Shown here: positions 18,422 to 24,681 of the stretch, piece by piece | How the letters are laid out: each line of letters opens with the position of its first letter | How positions within the stretch are numbered: the first letter of the stretch is position 1 | NCBI GenBank assembly: GCA_964637655.1 | Contig: CAZWUZ010000007.1 | Location: 1-35,610, forward strand | From: an uncultured bacterium | GTDB lineage: Bacteria > DAOPZR01 | Length of the DNA: 35,610 nucleotides | Direction of reading: 5' to 3' | Position numbers and translations under genes: made by a program | Notes under the pieces: model-generated | What the model was told of the DNA's origin: nothing | Databases searched by the model: none | Seen by the model: the letters and a program-made list of their open reading frames with translations, nothing else

Positions 18422-19840
18422 TTATGCGTCCTTTTTGCGTCTTTTAGCGCAGATATTCACACCGCGAAGCGTCTTGATGGCTTCTGCCGGCGCCCCCTGT
18501 TTTTCCAGGTTGTCAAGCATAGCTGATGCAGCCCGGTTCAACGCTCTAGTGGCGCATTTAGCTCCATTGTTCGAAGTGCCTTCTCGGTGATAGATGTCAA
18601 CGTTTCCTCCATGAGTGTACGTCTTGAGCAATTCGGGGATAGAGTGCCCAAGATGCATGCTGATTGCAAGCAAATCCGAAGCCATAGCTGACTTCACTAA
18701 CGACGACGCGACAGTGTGCCTCAGCGCGTATGGCGTATACCGTTTCTGTTCATGCGTAGGCACGCCAACAAGAGCAGCTAGCTCTCGCGTCCGCCCAGCA
18801 ATTCTCGCCCAACTGCTTCGTAACATGTCTTTCGTGACCGGAAAAAGCGGTCCGTCGTCGCAAAGCTTGATACCCGCAGATGCAGCGTAAGCATCAATCA
18901 GTGATGCGATGTCAGCATGCAGCCATACACGTCTGGATTTTCCCTGGTTACGATAATATTTCGATTTCTGATTTTCCGGCCTGATCAGCAGATACGGTTG
19001 ATCCGAGAGCTGCAAATCCTGCCGCAAAGCCCGGTGCAACTCACTATTCCGTTGGCCTGTGTAGCTCATGACTAACCACAGAAAGGCAGCCCGTCTACCG
19101 TTCTTCCAGATTTCCCAACAGGCAAGACGATGGCAGGCAAGCATCGCCGGCGACAATTCGCGCGTGCGTGCCTCACGAATTTCTTCTTTGTCAGGGTTCT
19201 TTTGTGACTGTATGCGCTTGAAATACCGCTTGTACTTTGCCCGGAACAAAGAAACCGGATTGTCCAAAACAAAGCCCTCTGCAATTCCCTCCACAAAAAT
19301 GTTATTCAGCGTATTCACATAACGAACCGCCGTCATAGGCTGGCCGCCATTGGCAATCAGCAGATCGGCGAATTCCTTTATTGCTTCGGCATCAATCCTA
19401 TCCAAGCGTACGGGGTTGAAGTGCTCAATCAGGCGGTAAATCCGGTGGTTCTCGATTCCGCTATTCGGCGATGAGTATACAAAACCCCCGCTGGTATTAG
19501 TCGCAGAACTTGCGCGGCGCACAATCTTCCCTTTGGCAATTAGTGTTTCAATCATCTCAGCAAAGTTCTTTCGGCGATTCGTTGCCAGCATCGAACCCGT
19601 ATGAAGAGAGTCAATTTCATCACGCCAAATTGCCGCCAACGATTTTGCCCTGCGCAAATCAGTAATGTGTTTGGTTCCCTTGCGCTTGTCATGCGCCAGC
19701 GCATACCGATGTCCGTTTTTGGACACAACGATACGATAGCGCCGTTCCGTCTTTCCGTTTGCCAACGAATAATCATGATAAAATATATTGTTGACAACCT
19801 TCCCGTTTTCAACCGCCGGTAAATAATATTGCTTCGCCAT
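18422..19840 (-). CDS. Tyrosine recombinase / integrase
   Basis: Core-binding region RLDRIDAEAIKEF...TAVRYVNTL; catalytic YTGQRNSEL, QKSK, YALRHT, HLGHS...TYTH. Confidence 0.92.
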   Translation of the reverse strand: MAKQYYLPAVENGKVVNNIFYHDYSLANGKTERRYRIVVSKNGHRYALAHDKRKGTKHITDLRRAKSLAAIWRDEIDSLHTGSMLATNRRKNFAEMIETLIAKGKIVRRASSATNTSGGFVYSSPNSGIENHRIYRLIEHFNPVRLDRIDAEAIKEFADLLIANGGQPMTAVRYVNTLNNIFVEGIAEGFVLDNPVSLFRAKYKRYFKRIQSQKNPDKEEIREARTRELSPAMLACHRLACWEIWKNGRRAAFLWLVMSYTGQRNSELHRALRQDLQLSDQPYLLIRPENQKSKYYRNQGKSRRVWLHADIASLIDAYAASAGIKLCDDGPLFPVTKDMLRSSWARIAGRTRELAALVGVPTHEQKRYTPYALRHTVASSLVKSAMASDLLAISMHLGHSIPELLKTYTHGGNVDIYHREGTSNNGAKCATRALNRAASAMLDNLEKQGAPAEAIKTLRGVNICAKRRKKDA

Positions 19841-20268
19841 CAGCGCACTTTCCCAAATATCAGTGCATCATATTCGCTGCGCGGCAAAAATCCATATTTC
19901 CCTACCTTGATAATAGTCAGCGTCCCGCGGCGCGCAAGTTTGTATAAATGCCTTCTCGTCAAACCGGTCCGCTCACATGCCATCTTCAGGGGCACGAGAT
20001 CCGCCGGAATCTTTTCCAGGTTTGCTTTCTTGACGGCAAATGCCCCTTCTTTCAATCCGGAAAGCAGCATCTCGGCCGCCGTTTCCCCAAGCACCGTTCC
20101 CGTCTTGTGTACAAAATCCAAATTGTCACATATTGCCTTCACGCAATCAGGAGCCAATTCTTCAAACGTCTTTCCTCCTTCGGTCTTTTGCAGTACACCA
20201 TGGGAGTCATCACTATCAATATGACGGTAAACGTTCTTTTCCTGTAATGGCCTCTTCTTCATTTTCAT
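19840..20268 (-). CDS. Excisionase-like winged HTH protein
   Basis: C-terminal LVPLKMACERTGLTRRHLYKLARRGTLTIIKVG; 1-nt TGATG overlap with the integrase start; RBS GGAGGA before ATG 20268 (alternative GTG 20286). Confidence 0.7.
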   Translation of the reverse strand: MKMKKRPLQEKNVYRHIDSDDSHGVLQKTEGGKTFEELAPDCVKAICDNLDFVHKTGTVLGETAAEMLLSGLKEGAFAVKKANLEKIPADLVPLKMACERTGLTRRHLYKLARRGTLTIIKVGKYGFLPRSEYDALIFGKVR

Positions 20269-20306
20269 CTTTCCTGTCCTCCGCACAATCCAATATCACC
20301 TCTTAT

Positions 20307-20357
20307 ATTATATCAGATGCAACGACAAAACCGTTACGCATTGCCTCCGTAATGGTT
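20307..20357 (-). promoter_or_regulatory. Extended -10 promoter of xis-int with upstream inverted repeat
   Basis: Minus strand TGnTATAAT (20307-20315); AACCGTTACG-N9-CGTAATGGTT (20329-20357, one mismatch). Confidence 0.5.
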
Positions 20358-20440
20358 ATAAACGCATTTTTGAAGCCGAAAGTACATAGTCCCTTTTAAA
20401 GCGCCCCAAAATCGACAATTATCGCAGCACCTCTTTACGG

Positions 20441-21091
20441 TTAAATGTCAATCACCGTGACCGGATAGCTCAGCCAATCCCATGAGCCACACAAGCAGAC
20501 GTTGTAAGCAGCTGTCCCGTTCTTCATCCTCACCCCACCATGCGTCCCAGTGTGGATGTGTCCGAATATATGACACCGCGGCCCGATCCGCTCAAGCTCA
20601 GTCCTGAGCGAGATCGACCCATGATGCCTGTCCGGGAACTCCTCTGGCGAATCACATATCCCACACGCCGGGCCATGTGTAATCAGAATATCAATCCCTG
20701 CAGGGATCTTCCGGTAGATTTCCAGCAACTCACTCTCATCCGCGCCGTACGCCCAGCCCATCAACCTGGGTGTCCATGGCGAGCCCCAGATACGCAGCCC
20801 GCCGACGGTAATCATTTCGTCCTCAAGGTAATCCCACCGCAAACCCATCCTCGCATGATTCATCCTGTGGTGCAGGAAGAAATCGTGGTTACCAGCGACA
20901 GCAACGATCCGCGCGGCTGGCACCTCTTCAAGCCATCGCTTCATCTTTGTCCGATAAAACTCATACACGGTCTCGAAGTCAATGGCCGACGACGGTGATA
21001 TGTCCCCGGCGATGACCATCAGGTCACACGCCGGGATGTCTCCCACGGGCGGCAGGTGGCCATGCGTGTCGCTCAGTGCCACGATTTTCAC
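20441..21091 (-). CDS. Calcineurin-like metallophosphoesterase (MPPED-like)
   Basis: SDTHG, AGD, AGNHD, WGSPWTP, LITHGP, FGHIH. GTG start overlaps the upstream stop (GTGA). Confidence 0.9.
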   Translation of the reverse strand: MKIVALSDTHGHLPPVGDIPACDLMVIAGDISPSSAIDFETVYEFYRTKMKRWLEEVPAARIVAVAGNHDFFLHHRMNHARMGLRWDYLEDEMITVGGLRIWGSPWTPRLMGWAYGADESELLEIYRKIPAGIDILITHGPACGICDSPEEFPDRHHGSISLRTELERIGPRCHIFGHIHTGTHGGVRMKNGTAAYNVCLCGSWDWLSYPVTVIDI

Positions 21092-21882
21092 TGAACGCTC
21101 TCCCGCCACGGCACCACCTCTATCGCGCCGCCATCGGTGACCCGCAAGATGACGCACTTTTCATGCCCCAGCGCAGTGACATCACACACCGCGCGCAGGC
21201 CGATGCACCGGCGCCCATCGACAACAACATCTACATACCAGTGCATGTGCCCGAGCAGGCACACCTGCGGCCGCAGCGCATCGAGCAGCACGTCTCCCTC
21301 GCGATAGCCACGCGCACTAGCATCGCGTCCGAAGGGCAGTCCGGCGCACTCCGCGATCCGGCGTGGCCAATCATGCAGCAGAAGAATATCGACCGGAGAC
21401 TCGGCGAGCAGCACGTCAATGTCATCACGCCGGATGTGAAGCTGCCCCCGGCGATTGCTGTTGTCGTGTTCCAGTCGCGGTAGCTGGCGTTGATAGTCAC
21501 GCATGCTGTAGTTACCCGACAGTCCCGCGATTCGCACCCCAAAACGCTCAACCACTCCGCTACGCCCGAGGAATCGCACGCCTGGCGTGACCTCGCCGCC
21601 GCCCCAGATCGGGGCGAGCAGTCGGACGGGTTCGTGGTTGCCGGCGACGTACAAGACCTCAGCGGGATACTGGTTTCCCCACTCCTTGAAATCTCCAAGC
21701 CGCCGATACCTGGCCGGCACGGGCATCGAAGCAATGTCCTCGTCACTGGCAGACGCATCGAAATCCCCGACCTGGAGGATCAGGCTGGGAGTAATCCCTG
21801 TCGCCCGCATCGCATCGCGACATAGCCGCACAGCCATGCCGTGATGCCCGTGGATGTCACCGAGCGCGAATATGTGGCGCAT
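21088..21882 (-). CDS. Metallophosphoesterase of the Dbr1 (RNA lariat debranching enzyme) type
   Basis: GDIHG, GDF...DIASMPVPARYRRLGDF, GNHE, GGEVTPGVRFLGRSGVV, RIAGLSG, DILLLHDWP, LRP...GHMH; RBS GGAGGA before ATG 21882. Confidence 0.8.
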   Translation of the reverse strand: MRHIFALGDIHGHHGMAVRLCRDAMRATGITPSLILQVGDFDASASDEDIASMPVPARYRRLGDFKEWGNQYPAEVLYVAGNHEPVRLLAPIWGGGEVTPGVRFLGRSGVVERFGVRIAGLSGNYSMRDYQRQLPRLEHDNSNRRGQLHIRRDDIDVLLAESPVDILLLHDWPRRIAECAGLPFGRDASARGYREGDVLLDALRPQVCLLGHMHWYVDVVVDGRRCIGLRAVCDVTALGHEKCVILRVTDGGAIEVVPWRESVQ

Positions 21883-21956
21883 CACTATAGTCCTCCGGGT
21901 CGACTTTATCGATATATACCCCGAAGTCCACACAATGTAGCGGTCAGTTATGAAGT

Positions 21957-22004
21957 ATTATAGCCATCCCGCCCGTCACTCGGTGCTAGCATGATGCTAG
22001 CACC
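21957..22004 (-). promoter_or_regulatory. Leftward promoter -10 box with perfect 23-bp palindrome
   Basis: Minus strand TATAAT at 21957-21962; GGTGCTAGCAT-G-ATGCTAGCACC at 21982-22004. Confidence 0.6.
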
Positions 22005-22127
22005 TATTTCCGGCGTGTCTTCCACATCCGACGAGACTTCGTTTCGATGCAACTATACATCTTGTGCGCAAGCTGTTTATGTATAGTTTCCCGTCGCTGC
22101 TACAACTATTTCTCGGCGAGATATGGC

Positions 22128-22155
22128 TTGACGATCGGTCGGATCGTGGTATGAT
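22128..22155 (+). promoter_or_regulatory. Putative sigma70 promoter for the HTH-HD gene with internal inverted repeat
   Basis: TTGACG-N16-TATGAT with extended TG; ACGATC-N5-GATCGT at 22131-22147. Confidence 0.55.
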
Positions 22156-22224
22156 TTATTGTGACATGTAGCGCTACTTTCAGAATGTAGCGTACAACGC
22201 AATATCACGCGAAGGAGGAGTTGG

Positions 22225-23043
22225 GTGAAACTGATCAAGGCAGGCATTTCGATGATTCCGGCCCCTGTCGGGATACGGTTTGTCCGAGCGCAGCTCGGCC
22301 TTACTCAAGCACAACTCGCGCATGCCATCGGTGTGTCGTACGCAACGATCAACCGTTGGGAGCGTGGGAAATACGAGGCGACTAAGGCAAACCGGGAAGC
22401 ACTCGAATCCTTCTGCCGTAAAAGAAAGGTCGACTACGAAACCTTTCAGCTCGGTGCGATGCTGCTGCAGATTATCACCAACGCTGATAAGTACACCGGC
22501 GAGCACTGCCATCGCGTCGCGATTCTCGTAGAGCATGTTGCTCGTCAGATTCGTGGACTCAACGTGGACGCGCTCAAGGCGGCTGCGATTCTGCATGACA
22601 CCGGAAAGATATTCGTTGATCCGCGTCTGTTGAAGAGCAAGCGTATATATAACGCTACTGAGCGTAAGCAAATGGCCGAGCATTCACCAGCCGGAGGCGT
22701 GCTGATAGGGCTGTTGATGGTCAAGCATCCCAAAGCAGCCACGTACGTCGCTCGCCACCACGATCGCCTTACCGGCAAGCCGTCAGACCGCATGGTTCCT
22801 CGTGAGGCGCGGTTGCTGGCAGTATGCGATGTTTTCGACGCCCTGACAACCACCAGATCTTACAAGACTGCCAAGTCAGTCAAGACAGCCATTGAGATGC
22901 TCAAGGCAGACAAAGGTCTCGATCAGCAGATGGTCGCCGCCTTGGCGCGCTGCGTTCGCCGCAAGGGGTTCCTCGACCGGCTCGAGGATGACAACCATCT
23001 TTATGTTTATGATGATGCCGCATTATCTGCCATCGGCACATAA
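22225..23043 (+). CDS. XRE-family HTH fused to HD-GYP-like phosphohydrolase
   Basis: RBS AAGGAGGAG; RAQLGLTQAQLAHAIGVSYATINRWERG; YTGEHCHRV, LHDTGK, HHDR, CDVFDALTTTRSYK; GYP loop absent. Confidence 0.88.
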   Translation: MKLIKAGISMIPAPVGIRFVRAQLGLTQAQLAHAIGVSYATINRWERGKYEATKANREALESFCRKRKVDYETFQLGAMLLQIITNADKYTGEHCHRVAILVEHVARQIRGLNVDALKAAAILHDTGKIFVDPRLLKSKRIYNATERKQMAEHSPAGGVLIGLLMVKHPKAATYVARHHDRLTGKPSDRMVPREARLLAVCDVFDALTTTRSYKTAKSVKTAIEMLKADKGLDQQMVAALARCVRRKGFLDRLEDDNHLYVYDDAALSAIGT

Positions 23044-23086
23044 TCAAGGCAACGTTTTGCACAGTGATTTCGCTGTCAAAAAGGGC

Positions 23087-23164
23087 AAAAAAAAGCGCCC
23101 GATTTAGCCGTCGGCGCCGCGGCCCTGGTTGGGCTTTCAACCAACCTATACCTATTTGTGATCC
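23087..23164 (-). ncRNA. Candidate ~78-nt small RNA (hairpin plus H-type pseudoknot, U8 tail)
   Basis: Own promoter upstream; hairpin GGTTGG/CCAACC; stems GGCCG/CGGCT and GCGCCGA/TCGGGCGC; T8 tract. Confidence 0.6.
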
Positions 23165-23170
23165 GTAGAC

Positions 23171-23199
23171 ATCCTACCTCATTTATCGGATTTTGTCAA
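23171..23199 (-). promoter_or_regulatory. sigma70 promoter for the candidate sRNA
   Basis: Minus strand TTGACA (23194-23199, containing the upstream gene's TGA stop) - N17 - TAGGAT (23171-23176). Confidence 0.7.
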
Positions 23200-23924
23200 G
23201 AAAAACTTAGTGTTTTTGTATCTATCATTTGTTGAGCAGTCTTGTGTTTTTCAACCACTTTCTCATCTATCTTGTTCTGTGAATTGATGGTTATAGATTT
23301 CCTGCTTTTCCCCACTATCCTAAGAGCAACCCTATGGAGAATTACATCACCGTTGAAGTCGATGAGACGCCGTATGAAGAAAAAATCCGCTCTAACAAGC
23401 GGAGGATAGAGATTGTTGCCTTGAAATACATAAGTCGGTGTGTGTATCGTATTGAATATCAGTAAAAAAGTATGTAATTTGCTCGCGTGTTTTTTTGCAC
23501 AACCGCTATTATCATCCCGGAATGTCCGTGTTGCAAAATCTTGATTGTATATAATCATATTTCTGAACGCCGTATTGATTCCTTTCTCATACTGCTCGAT
23601 CCCTAACAAATGAGGAATATTTAGTGTGTCCAACTTTATAAAATATGAGTTTCCGTCAAGGGTCATTCTCCTGATTTTTTGGCCAAAGCTAATGACAAGA
23701 GGAACGAGAATTCTAACTGGAAATTTATACCTGTAGAGAAAGTAGTCCTGTGAGTTCTCAAGAATCTTCTCAATTTGAACGTAGAGTTCTTCCTCGTATT
23801 CGAAAAACAACCTGTTGATCGGGGAAACCTTTTCATAAGTTTGTTGCTTTATACGAATATCTCGAGCGAATGATGTTGCTTCGGCCGTTTCCAGTAGCTT
23901 TTCCACGTGAACTTTTATCATCAT
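23196..23924 (-). CDS. PBECR4-like (BECR-fold) putative ribonuclease
   Basis: Strongly AT-rich gene; NIPHLLGI resembles the PBECR4 NFxHLxG signature; terminal PTYVF...ADFFF...TINS. Start 23924 or 23921 after GAGGT (longest ORF 23981). Confidence 0.55.
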   Translation of the reverse strand: MMIKVHVEKLLETAEATSFARDIRIKQQTYEKVSPINRLFFEYEEELYVQIEKILENSQDYFLYRYKFPVRILVPLVISFGQKIRRMTLDGNSYFIKLDTLNIPHLLGIEQYEKGINTAFRNMIIYNQDFATRTFRDDNSGCAKKHASKLHTFLLIFNTIHTPTYVFQGNNLYPPLVRADFFFIRRLIDFNGDVILHRVALRIVGKSRKSITINSQNKIDEKVVEKHKTAQQMIDTKTLSFS

Positions 23925-24502
23925 TATACCTCGCATTTCGCATAATTGAATGCATATATTATATATCCGATGCGGATTCAATAATAATCTGCGGTGCTAC
24001 TATTTCCCTTTGTCAATATCCATGAACACCAATCTGTCCTAGTCCGAACGTTTCGTTATTGTCTCACAAACCCTGCCAGCTGCATCGGCACAGACAGCGA
24101 GACACGATACCCAGCTAAATCCACTTATGCCGGTTCCACAATTTCATCAATTAGACCATATTCCAGCTGCCTGCTCCGCCGTCAGCCACCGGTTGCGATC
24201 TTGTAGAGCGCATCTAATTATGGCACACGAAACGGAAAAAAGGGGGGAACACTTTTCCGTTCAGCGACACAGTGATATGACCCTGGTTTTGTAACCAGGT
24301 TCCCACCGCCATCCGCCACGCGGCTTGTACGGTCTTCTTGCTGGGTTTCCTGCCCTTTTCCACCATGACCGCCATTATATCAGCCGCCATCCCGGCAAGC
24401 AAGCGGAAAATCGGCTCGCGCTGGTGCCGTAAGTACACAGGACTAAATTCTCACGTATCGCCCCCGGGGATGTCATTCCATCATGCAGGCTGATATAACG
24501 AC

Positions 24503-24531
24503 TTGCCTGTCAGAATATTGTGTGGTATTAT
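24503..24531 (+). promoter_or_regulatory. Putative sigma70 promoter
   Basis: TTGCCT-N17-TATTAT with extended TG, upstream of the large membrane protein gene. Confidence 0.5.
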
Positions 24532-24681
24532 AATCGCGGCAGTAGATATTGGGTATATTATGAATAGAGGCGATTTGCAATAGCCTCCTTGGGTGTATGT
24601 TGCAGTTGAATCAACAAACTCCGGCGCCTATTATGGTCGACATCCTCGGCCATGTGCGTAGGCGACCAACGAGGTTGGAAA

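Noticed and set aside
22180-22683. 167-aa minus-strand ORF
   Set aside because: Antisense to the well-supported HTH-HD gene, with no motifs.
24214-24438. 74-aa minus-strand ORF upstream of the RNase-like gene
   Set aside because: No convincing RBS or recognisable family; could be real or a remnant but cannot be supported.
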